From NCBI GenBank assembly GCA_001792345.1, contig MGGJ01000006.1:22656-86655 (forward strand): a stretch of DNA of 64,000 nt. Reading direction: 5' to 3'. This stretch comes from Candidatus Woesebacteria bacterium RIFCSPHIGHO2_01_FULL_39_32. Lineage in GTDB: Bacteria > Patescibacteriota > Microgenomatia > UBA8517. Below, one piece after another: positions 55,994-64,000 of this stretch; the stretch's first letter is position 1; every line of letters begins with the position of its first letter. The notes below the pieces were generated by a model. The model saw only the letters and a list, made by a program, of their open reading frames with translations. It did no database searches and was not told where the DNA came from. Both the position numbers and the translations under genes were made by a program.

Positions 55994-58605
55994 TTAGCAC
56001 AGCCTTCTTCATAAACAAAAGAACTAGCTCCGCAGCTAGGACAGATGTCTCCGGCAATTCTTGGTATTTGAGTAGACGAAAGTGTTAGCTGATCTCCAAC
56101 TTTGACTGAGGTCAAGTTGGACTCAGCCAAAGCCGTTGTGTGGTCGTCACCCGAGCTGAACTCGGTTCCTGATTGCGCAGGATACTGCGCCGACATAACA
56201 GCTCCGGCTAAGTCCGACTGGACCCCAGATCCATTAGACATAGCGTGTGCACTTGCACTATTTCCATTTTGAAAGACTTCAGCAACCTTTCCATTCAAGG
56301 GAGATGTTAAAAATCCATTGACTCTCAATCCAAGATTTGTAGCCAGAGCCATTGCTATTGCATCTGGAAGCGAAAGAATTTTATTCGGCCCAAATCCTAC
56401 AGAGCGTCTTCCCCCAATCCCTTTCAGTTGATCAATAATTACTTCGGCTTTTTCTCTTGACGTCAAACTACTATGGAATTTGAGTGATTTGGAAATAACT
56501 CTACCCAAAGCCTCAGCCATTGCTTGAACATCACTCCCTGCTTTCCCGACATTAATAAAAACCTCTATCGGGCCACCTTTTGCATCATGATTGACTGTAA
56601 TAAAAGCAGTTCCAACAGGAGTTTTAATTTTATAAGTTGAACCCGAAACAACCATCGGCCTCTCCCAAACCTCCTCAAAAGTAACTTCTTTTCCCTGCTT
56701 TTTACCGTTTACTCCGAGGTTTAATACTTGTGCATCTTTACAGCCATCTCTAAAAACGGTAATACCTTTACAATCAGTCTTCCAAGCTAAAAGATATGCA
56801 TTTTTAATGTCATCCACCGTAACATTATTAGTCATATTAATGGTCTTACTTACAGCATTTTCTGTATATTTCTGAAATACGGCTTGATGTTTTATATGCC
56901 AATCATGGTGAATCTCATGTGCTGTACCGAAAATCTGCCTAACATCCTCCGGAATTTCATAAATATCTCTAACCACTCCATGTTCAGCAACCTTTTTCTT
57001 GATCTCTTCAGTTAAAAACCCGCGAGATTTTGCAATCTCTTCAAATTTGGGATTAAAGAAAGTTAGGGTTCTATCCAAATGTCTATCTTTAACAATGTGC
57101 TGAAATGCTATTGCAAAAATAGGCTCTACTCCAGAGCTTGCTCCGGCTATAATGGAAATTGAACCCGTAGGAGCAATCGTAGTAACTGTCGAATTCCGCC
57201 TGGGTTTTTCATCTTTGTAAATAGAGACCGGGAACATCGGGAAAGCCCCACGCTGCCTTGCCAGTTTCCTAGTTTCGATGATCGCTTCTTCCTGGATTAC
57301 CTTCATAATCTCCTCTCCGAGTGCGAGTGCTTCGTCAGAGTCAAAAGGAATCCCAAGGTAAATAAGCATATCCGCCCAACCACCTACCCCAAGTCCAATT
57401 CTCCTTATCGCCAAAGAGATTTTTCGTATCGCTCCCAATGGGTAAGGATTCATCTCAATCACGTTATCCAAAAATCTGACGCTTAATCTGGTTACCTTTC
57501 TTAACTTTTCCCAATCAACCTGCCTGACGGCAGGCAGGCCTCTATCATCCTGACCTTCTTTTACAAAATAAGTTAAGAATATGCTCCCTAAGTTACATGA
57601 ATCATACGGGTAAAGTGGCTGCTCCCCACAAGGATTAGTAGATTCAATTGGGCCAAGGGGTGGAACGGGATTTGCAGTTGATTTATTAATCCTATCGATA
57701 AACACAAGTCCCGGATCCCCCGTTCTCCAAGCGCCTTCCGCTATTTCATCAAAAACGCGCCGTGCATTAAGTTTTCCCACTGCCTTGCCATCACGAGGAT
57801 CAATTAGATCATAATCCGTGTCTTTTTCATAAGCCTCCATGAAGGCATCCGTAATGGTAACTGAAATATTGAAGTTTGTTATGCCGCCTTCTTCTTTACA
57901 ATGGATAAACTCCAATATGTCCGGATGGTCTACCCTCAAAATTCCCATGTTTGCCCCACGCCTTTTGCCTCCCTGTTTAATTTCGTTGGTTGCCGCATCA
58001 AATATTCGCATGAATGATACCGGTCCTGACGCAGTACCTTTACTGGATTTGACAACTGCTCCATGCGGTCTTAGTCGACTGAAGGCAAACCCCGTACCTC
58101 CACCCGTTTGATGAATTAGAGCCTGATGTTTTATGGCATCAAAAATTCCAACCAAAGAGTCTTCGACTGGGAGAACGAAGCATGCCGAGTATTGAAGGCC
58201 GTTCCCGGTTCCAGCATTCATTAAGGTTGGAGAGTTTGGTAAAAATTCATGGGTAATCAAAAGATTATAAAACTCCTTCGCACTTCTTAGTACGTCACGC
58301 TTTTTAGCTCCCCAACGGATTTCTGCTGAAGCTACGTCCCATGCTACACGCCAGCACATTTCTTCAGGAGTTTCGATAAGCTCCCCATCATCGTTTTTAC
58401 GCAAGTATCGCTCAGCTAGGACTTTTAGTGACTGCTCAGTCCAATCCCCCTTTGGTAGTCCTTTGGGAAGATGGGGTCTCTTGCCCAATTTTTTCCGAAT
58501 TTCATTTGTTACCTCCTCGTATGATGGAAAAAACAAACTATCAAGAGCTAGTTTTTCGTTATCGACGCTCTTTGAAGTTTTTCGATTTTTTAGTTTACTA
58601 GTCAT
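55963..58605 (-). CDS. nrdJ: Class II (AdoCbl) ribonucleotide reductase with C-terminal TSCPD-like domain and Zn ribbon
   Basis: PNSPTLMNAG, SACFV, QGGKRRGANM, TNPCGE, SCNLGS, IAPTG, SLPDAIA, CPSCG...C..CGYSEC. Confidence 0.95.
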   Translation of the reverse strand: MTSKLKNRKTSKSVDNEKLALDSLFFPSYEEVTNEIRKKLGKRPHLPKGLPKGDWTEQSLKVLAERYLRKNDDGELIETPEEMCWRVAWDVASAEIRWGAKKRDVLRSAKEFYNLLITHEFLPNSPTLMNAGTGNGLQYSACFVLPVEDSLVGIFDAIKHQALIHQTGGGTGFAFSRLRPHGAVVKSSKGTASGPVSFMRIFDAATNEIKQGGKRRGANMGILRVDHPDILEFIHCKEEGGITNFNISVTITDAFMEAYEKDTDYDLIDPRDGKAVGKLNARRVFDEIAEGAWRTGDPGLVFIDRINKSTANPVPPLGPIESTNPCGEQPLYPYDSCNLGSIFLTYFVKEGQDDRGLPAVRQVDWEKLRKVTRLSVRFLDNVIEMNPYPLGAIRKISLAIRRIGLGVGGWADMLIYLGIPFDSDEALALGEEIMKVIQEEAIIETRKLARQRGAFPMFPVSIYKDEKPRRNSTVTTIAPTGSISIIAGASSGVEPIFAIAFQHIVKDRHLDRTLTFFNPKFEEIAKSRGFLTEEIKKKVAEHGVVRDIYEIPEDVRQIFGTAHEIHHDWHIKHQAVFQKYTENAVSKTINMTNNVTVDDIKNAYLLAWKTDCKGITVFRDGCKDAQVLNLGVNGKKQGKEVTFEEVWERPMVVSGSTYKIKTPVGTAFITVNHDAKGGPIEVFINVGKAGSDVQAMAEALGRVISKSLKFHSSLTSREKAEVIIDQLKGIGGRRSVGFGPNKILSLPDAIAMALATNLGLRVNGFLTSPLNGKVAEVFQNGNSASAHAMSNGSGVQSDLAGAVMSAQYPAQSGTEFSSGDDHTTALAESNLTSVKVGDQLTLSSTQIPRIAGDICPSCGASSFVYEEGCAKCFSCGYSEC

Positions 58606-59042
58606 GTTTTGATTGCTCTCGCAAAATCCTCAAGATCCGCGAATTCAAGATATACGCTTGCAAACCGGAGCCATGCAACCTTATCTATTTTTTTGAGCCT
58701 TTTTAAAACCGCACGTCCGACCGCTTTTGAGCTTACCTCTTCTTTTTGTTCCCGAAGCATCTCCCGTTCAACTCCCTCAACGATATCATCTACCAAATCC
58801 ATTGAAATGGGCCGCTTTTCAACCGCTCTAAGAATCCCTCTTTTTACTTTCTCTCTGTCAAAAGCTTCGCGTCTGCCATCCTTTTTGATCACCCACAATG
58901 CGTTTCCTCGAACTTTTTCAAATGTTGTAAAGCGCTTGCCACACTTATTGCACTTTCTTCTTCTTCGAATCTGCTCACCATTCTCGACAGTCCTGGATTC
59001 CAGCACCTGGGTATCTAAATTTCCACAAAAAGGACAACGCAT
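58602..59042 (-). CDS. nrdR: Transcriptional repressor NrdR
   Basis: MRCPFCG, IRRRRKC..C..RFTTFE, ATP cone, RFASVY. Confidence 0.97.
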   Translation of the reverse strand: MRCPFCGNLDTQVLESRTVENGEQIRRRRKCNKCGKRFTTFEKVRGNALWVIKKDGRREAFDREKVKRGILRAVEKRPISMDLVDDIVEGVEREMLREQKEEVSSKAVGRAVLKRLKKIDKVAWLRFASVYLEFADLEDFARAIKT

Positions 59043-59064
59043 ATTTCACAAGTGTAAAAGAAAT

Positions 59065-59112
59065 TCACTATCCGTAGTGACAGTACACATATTTAAACAC
59101 TAGATATACAAA
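59065..59112. promoter_or_regulatory. Tandem NrdR boxes
   Basis: TCACTATCCGTAGTGA (59065) and ACACTAGATATACAAA (59097) lie 32 bp apart upstream of nrdR-nrdJ; the second box is weak. Confidence 0.7.
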
Positions 59113-59232
59113 GTCAACTGGAAATATGTAGGTCAAAATATATCATCCCAGGCTTGGGACGAAGCTAGTTATTTTTACTCTTCCTTATAGCGTATAAGTA
59201 GTCAGAAGTTTTTGATAAATTGCTTGGAGTAT

Positions 59233-59288
59233 TTTTGTATACCTTTATGTCGTACAAAAATAGTAATTCCCACAAAAGGTATACAAAA
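59233..59288. repeat. 14-bp perfect inverted repeat
   Basis: TTTTGTATACCTTT...AAAGGTATACAAAA just downstream of 59299..59928. Confidence 0.6.
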
Positions 59289-59298
59289 GGGTCTATTT

Positions 59299-59928
59299 TT
59301 ACCAAGCAAACGGATTTTCCGGCGCTGGTCTTCTCTTTTCCAAAAGTGCATTTCGGGATTCTTCATAGGCCCGTTTCGCATAATCCTGAGTTTGCCTGAT
59401 TGAAGGCCTTACTTCATCCGGCAAAGATGGAATTAAGTTTTCCATTACCTCGTAGTGTTTGAGGGAGGCCTTGGCTAATTGCTCCAAAAAGGCCGATGTG
59501 TCTATCCCATTCTCTCTATTTTGCTTTTCTTGCCACACTGCTTCCTCAAGATACTTTTCTGCCTTTGTTAAGGTGGAAAAACCTTTTTCTATCTCTCCTT
59601 TTTCAAATAAAATTTGTGCCATCCCTAATCGTTTATCAGCAAAAAGCAGTTTTAACTCAGCCTCCCTAGTAGAATTCGTAGTTATAAAAAGCCAAACCCT
59701 ATCACGAATTGCCTTCAATGGCCATAAAGGACTATCCGGAAGCACTCGTCCGGGATAAGGCAACGTATAATTTATACTCACCCCATTTTCCCCCGACACA
59801 TGTATATCGGCAACGCTAGCTGAATTATCAAATTCATACTTTACGGAAGCGACCCTAAAAAGCGATACAAAGAGGATCCCAATCGCAAAGCTTAGCCCGA
59901 TAATGGCTAAAAATAATTTAGGCCACAT
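59299..59928 (-). CDS. DUF5667-like protein
   Basis: LPYPG.VLPDSPLWPLK..RD, ADKRL. Confidence 0.75.
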   Translation of the reverse strand: MWPKLFLAIIGLSFAIGILFVSLFRVASVKYEFDNSASVADIHVSGENGVSINYTLPYPGRVLPDSPLWPLKAIRDRVWLFITTNSTREAELKLLFADKRLGMAQILFEKGEIEKGFSTLTKAEKYLEEAVWQEKQNRENGIDTSAFLEQLAKASLKHYEVMENLIPSLPDEVRPSIRQTQDYAKRAYEESRNALLEKRRPAPENPFAW

Positions 59929-59973
59929 TGAAGTATTTAATAGTAAATCTGCCCAAGATCAAAGTCAAGAAAT

Positions 59974-60621
59974 TCATCTAAACAATACAATCGGCCAACT
60001 CCAAAGCACATGAAGAAGGACAGACGAAGCGACATTTTTTGTCTTTGCAAATACAAATGCGCTGCCTATACCGAAAATAACTGTTAAGAAAAGATAAATT
60101 ATAATTCCGCTAAGGTTCAACTCCCACCAAAAAATCGCAACAGGCACGTGTGTTAGTGCCCAGAAAAGACTGGTAATAATGTTTGCCTTCCACTCGTTGT
60201 CTAACACATGCCATATCCGATTAAATAAATATCCCCTAAAGGTAATCTCCTCTGAAATAGCCGTCACAAAAGAAAGCCCTAAAGCAAAAATGAATGAATT
60301 CTGTCCCAGATTTGCGGAAAAGTTGGCTTCATCGTATCTAATAAAATTAATAAGTGCTCCTTCGATGGCAAAGATGATTCCCAAAGCCAATGCAAAGTAG
60401 AGAGCTGGAAATAAGTTTTTCAAAGTAATTCCGAGGGAAGCGAGGGACCCTCTTTCTTTCCGAACAAAGTATGCCACAGGTACTAACCACAAAACCGGCT
60501 TAATTAGAAGTTCCTCCACCTCTTCAGGAAGTTTAAAAAGCATTCGATAGAATCCCCAAACGACCAAAAGATATGCAACTAGAATCGTCGAGTTTTTGAT
60601 TGCAGTTTCTTTATTAGGCAT
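59974..60621 (-). CDS. CPBP (Abi/CAAX) intramembrane metalloprotease
   Basis: EEITFRG, W.L.H, H..W motifs. Confidence 0.92.
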   Translation of the reverse strand: MPNKETAIKNSTILVAYLLVVWGFYRMLFKLPEEVEELLIKPVLWLVPVAYFVRKERGSLASLGITLKNLFPALYFALALGIIFAIEGALINFIRYDEANFSANLGQNSFIFALGLSFVTAISEEITFRGYLFNRIWHVLDNEWKANIITSLFWALTHVPVAIFWWELNLSGIIIYLFLTVIFGIGSAFVFAKTKNVASSVLLHVLWSWPIVLFR

Positions 60622-61117
60622 CTGTTCTTTCTATTTTACACTCCTTGAATGCCAAATCCATAGTATCAAGAATTATATTTATACGCACTCGTGCTTCTTC
60701 AAAATTTATAGCATTTCTCTCATTCGGAAACCAATGAAAAAGAAGGTTTCTGGCTTTCTTCCAAGTTTCCCATAAAGTATCGGCAAGTTCACTCCCTTGA
60801 CAAAAAGAGACTAGTTTATCATATACTCCTTCTTTTTCTCTTAGATGGTTTTCTAGACTTGGATTAAGAGCTTTCCCTATCCTAAAGCGCTTACCGTTAA
60901 AATCTTCATCGCTTATGAATCCAAGATCGTGAAATAAAGTCTTTAAAAAACCCTCGTATGATTTCGCGGCTGGGAAAACAATAAAAGCATAATCATGGAA
61001 TTCTTGTTTTTCTTTTCTTTCAAAAATTTCTACCAGTAAGTAGGACTCCTGAAGAAGTTCCCTCAAGTCTTCATGAATATAAGTCCACCAAACGTGTTTT
61101 TCTAAATCTTTACTCAT
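60614..61117 (-). CDS. HEPN-like protein (resembles the RnlA C-terminal domain)
   Basis: DYAFIVFPAAKSYEGFLK and the RNLLFH (RxxxxH) motif. Confidence 0.6.
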   Translation of the reverse strand: MSKDLEKHVWWTYIHEDLRELLQESYLLVEIFERKEKQEFHDYAFIVFPAAKSYEGFLKTLFHDLGFISDEDFNGKRFRIGKALNPSLENHLREKEGVYDKLVSFCQGSELADTLWETWKKARNLLFHWFPNERNAINFEEARVRINIILDTMDLAFKECKIERTDA

Positions 61118-61199
61118 GTACTCCCATAGTAACAGAAATTGTAGTTTTTCCGCTACCCATTTTGGAATTACAAATACCGCAGCAGTATAATATCAAGAT

Positions 61200-63533
61200 A
61201 TGGCCAAGAAAACTAAAGAAATAAAGAAATTAAAAACCAGAAAATCAAAACCGATAAACTCCAAAACACAGATTCCGACAAAGATTAAACCCAATAAACG
61301 TTTTAGTTTAAAAGGATTATTTAGAAACGTAAGACTTCGGAAAAAAATAATTTTTTTTGGGACGCTTCTATCTGTTGCCTTATGGATTTTCTGGGGAATA
61401 CCCTTCCCTACGAAATTAGGTAGCCAGCAGGTTCCTGTTTCAACAAAACTTTTTGATAGAAAGGGTGTTCTTATTTATGAAATTTATGCTGACAAGCGCT
61501 CCACCCCCGTTGAACTTACGGATTTGCCAAACTATGTTTGGCAGTCAACAATTGCAATCGAAGACAAGGATTTCTATCGACACTACGGAGTTTCATTTAC
61601 AGGTGTCATGCGAGCCATCTATAAAACGGCAGTTGAACGCAAGCTTCAAGGAGGATCGACTTTAACCCAGCAACTTATTAAAAATACACTTCTGACGCCG
61701 GAAAGAACCCTTCGGAGAAAAATAAGAGAATTTGCCTTAACTCTTGTTGCTGAAACGATTTATTCCAAAAACCAAATTCTGGAGATGTATTTAAACCAAA
61801 TCCCCTACGGAGGTACTGCCTACGGAATCGGGGCCGCATCTGAACTTTATTTTGGAAAGAATGCAAAAGATTTAAGCTTGGCGGAAGCGTCCTTACTTTC
61901 TGGTTTACCCGTATCACCCTCCCGATACTCACCCTTCGGTTCAAGACCTGAACTTGCAAAAGAGCGGCAAAAATTAGTTTTACAGGCAATGATTGCAGAA
62001 GGATATATTAGTCAAGAAGAGGGGGATACCGCACTCCAAGAGGAATTGAAATTTGCCCCAGCCACGGATTTCAAAGCTCCACATTTTGCACTCTGGGTAA
62101 AAGAGGTATTGGCTGAAAAGTACGGGGAGGCCGTAGTCGAAAAAGGTGGTCTTCGAGTAACTACAACTCTCGATTTGGAACTTCAGGAGTTTAGTGAAAC
62201 GGCAGTTGCGACTGAGGTGGCAAAACTCAAAAAACTTGATGTAGGAAACGGAGCCGCAATAGTTACACGTCCGGCAACAGGTGAAATTCTTGCAATGGTC
62301 GGCTCAAAAGATTATTTTGCCGAAGACGAAGATGGAAAAGTTAACGTTATCTTAGCCGAGCGTCAACCCGGTTCTTCTATAAAACCTCTAAATTATGCAC
62401 TAGCAATCCGAGATAAAAAAATTACTGCATCTTCCGTCCTTGCAGATGTGCCGACGTGTTTTACCGTAGCAGGAACCTCCCTCTATTGTCCGAAAAACTA
62501 CGATGGAGGTTTCCATGGCGGTGTTCAGGCTCGGTTTGCGTTAGGTAATTCCTATAATATCCCAGCGGTCCGTGTTTTAGCATTAAACGGTATTGAAAAC
62601 TTTATCGACTTTGCTAAAGAAATGGGCATAACTACATGGAACGATCCATCAAAATACGGTCTATCTTTGACCTTAGGGGGTGGTGAAGTAAGACCTTATG
62701 ACATGGCAGAAGCCTTCGGAGTATTTGCAAATGGCGGTATTAGACAACCTTTAATTGCAATCCTTAAGGTTCAAGATTGGAAAGGAGAAGTTTTAGAGGA
62801 AGTCGATTTGGATAAAATCGAGCTTTCCGGAAAGAGAGTTTTGGAACCAGAAACAACATTTCTTATCTCTCACATCCTTCAGGACAACAATGCGCGCTCC
62901 GCTGCTTTTGGGGCAACAAGCTTCCTAAATGTCAAAAATCACCCGGAAGTTTCTGTAAAAACAGGAACAACAAACGAAAGAAAAGATAACTGGACAATAG
63001 GCTTTACACCTTACGCAGTTGTAGCTACTTGGGTCGGCAACAATGACAACTCCAAAATGTCCGGTGCAGTATCCGGAATATCCGGAGCTTCTCCTATTTG
63101 GAACACAATTATGCAGGAAATCTTAAACAAAGCGGAAGACGGTTTCTACAACGAAGACGAAGACGATCATGCATGGCCGGTGCAACCGAAGGGAATAGTT
63201 GGAGCAAGTGTTTGTGCAACAACAGGAGTTACTCCTAAAGAAGGTGACGGATGTCCAACACGCTTTGAGTATTTCCTGAAAGATACAGTTGCATCGGAAA
63301 TAAAGGGTGGATTCCAGGACGTTCACTATGACAAAAGAACAGGATTATTTATCAACGAAGAAACCCCACCCGAAGAAATTGAAGTTAGAGGACAAAATGT
63401 AATTTATGATCCATTGGGAACATTTCTTTGCCTCGACTGCCCAGTTGCTGCTTCCTCTCAGTCCGCAACTATAAAGTATCCGGTAATCATTGACAAAGAA
63501 TCCGACGGTGCGCAACAATCAGATAGTGAATAA
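61200..63533 (+). CDS. Class A penicillin-binding protein (PBP1A family)
   Basis: EDKDFYRH, GGSTLTQQL, RKIRE, YLNQI; SSIK, SYN and KTG transpeptidase motifs. Confidence 0.96.
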   Translation: MAKKTKEIKKLKTRKSKPINSKTQIPTKIKPNKRFSLKGLFRNVRLRKKIIFFGTLLSVALWIFWGIPFPTKLGSQQVPVSTKLFDRKGVLIYEIYADKRSTPVELTDLPNYVWQSTIAIEDKDFYRHYGVSFTGVMRAIYKTAVERKLQGGSTLTQQLIKNTLLTPERTLRRKIREFALTLVAETIYSKNQILEMYLNQIPYGGTAYGIGAASELYFGKNAKDLSLAEASLLSGLPVSPSRYSPFGSRPELAKERQKLVLQAMIAEGYISQEEGDTALQEELKFAPATDFKAPHFALWVKEVLAEKYGEAVVEKGGLRVTTTLDLELQEFSETAVATEVAKLKKLDVGNGAAIVTRPATGEILAMVGSKDYFAEDEDGKVNVILAERQPGSSIKPLNYALAIRDKKITASSVLADVPTCFTVAGTSLYCPKNYDGGFHGGVQARFALGNSYNIPAVRVLALNGIENFIDFAKEMGITTWNDPSKYGLSLTLGGGEVRPYDMAEAFGVFANGGIRQPLIAILKVQDWKGEVLEEVDLDKIELSGKRVLEPETTFLISHILQDNNARSAAFGATSFLNVKNHPEVSVKTGTTNERKDNWTIGFTPYAVVATWVGNNDNSKMSGAVSGISGASPIWNTIMQEILNKAEDGFYNEDEDDHAWPVQPKGIVGASVCATTGVTPKEGDGCPTRFEYFLKDTVASEIKGGFQDVHYDKRTGLFINEETPPEEIEVRGQNVIYDPLGTFLCLDCPVAASSQSATIKYPVIIDKESDGAQQSDSE

Positions 63534-64000
63534 AAACCAAAAGGGTTTTGCTCATCTTTTTCTAGTTGTTGTAATTGTAATTATTGGATTAGGGTTCCTA
63601 ATTTATTACTCCTTGCAAAAGGGATTGATAAAAACTATACCATCTAACAAATTTTCCCTAACTCCAACTACGAGCATAGATGAAACTGCAGATTGGAAAA
63701 CTTATAGAAGTGAAAAATATGGGTTTGAGTTTAAATATCCGACTGACTGGCTAATAATACTACAGACTGATTTTTCTTTTGTTGTTTCAAATATGGATTT
63801 TGACCCCGCCCTCGAAGGAGCAACACCCCTACCAGGTCAGGTCTTTTTAAAATTTTATCTAACTCACGCCTCATTAGAAAATTACTCCTCGGTTAAAAAA
63901 AGCTACATTTCAACTGAAGGCGTGGAAGTCATCAAGCAAGGCAGATATATAGATCCAAGCGAATCAATTGGCATAATTTCCCTTTACCGCGCTGACGATC
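63526..64000 (+). CDS. Partial protein with prepilin-like signal and PsbP-like domain (runs off the window)
   Basis: GTG start NKNQKG|FAHLFLVVVIV; WKTYRSEKYGFEFKYPTDW. Confidence 0.7.
   Translation, partial: MNKNQKGFAHLFLVVVIVIIGLGFLIYYSLQKGLIKTIPSNKFSLTPTTSIDETADWKTYRSEKYGFEFKYPTDWLIILQTDFSFVVSNMDFDPALEGATPLPGQVFLKFYLTHASLENYSSVKKSYISTEGVEVIKQGRYIDPSESIGIISLYRADD

Noticed and set aside
53795-58605. Split, intein-containing or intron-interrupted single RNR
   Set aside because: Each ORF has a full set of catalytic motifs and no intein signature was seen
63604-63617. ATTACTCCTTGCAA matching the reverse complement of 1737-1750
   Set aside because: The 14-bp match does not extend on either side; probably chance

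Overview
This 64 kb window looks like chromosomal DNA from a small-genome bacterium. Gene content and style (ATP-dependent ligase, stand-alone 5' nuclease, class II ribonucleotide reductases, CvpA-CAP fusion, VirD4-like ATPase, tRNA-Ile(UAU)) suggest Patescibacteria/CPR, probably Microgenomates; this is an inference. Most genes are on the minus strand: housekeeping and repair genes (pth, pcm, EndoQ-like, lig, recF, mutM, ftsH, nrdR/nrdJ, PBP1A) interleaved with accessory genes and toxin-antitoxin modules. The main candidate for an undescribed system is at 41.0-45.9 kb. A complete transcriptional T-box riboswitch with an ultrashort stem I and a Trp specifier precedes a 27-codon uORF ending in WYEF. 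It is followed by an isocyanide-synthase (PvcA/IsnA/Dit1) family gene and a YbaK-domain/TrpRS fusion, with an EamA transporter and an RHH regulator adjacent. Other notable signals are: an array of accessory genes separated by a shared repeat (0.1-4.5 kb); tandem nrdJ paralogs, one with rewritten substrate-site motifs; a four-helix-bundle gene bracketed by inverted heptamer arrays; many in-frame heptamer and palindrome insertions in core genes; an orphan mutM 5' fragment; and unusual tRNAs. All calls come from reading motifs by eye; no database searches were run.
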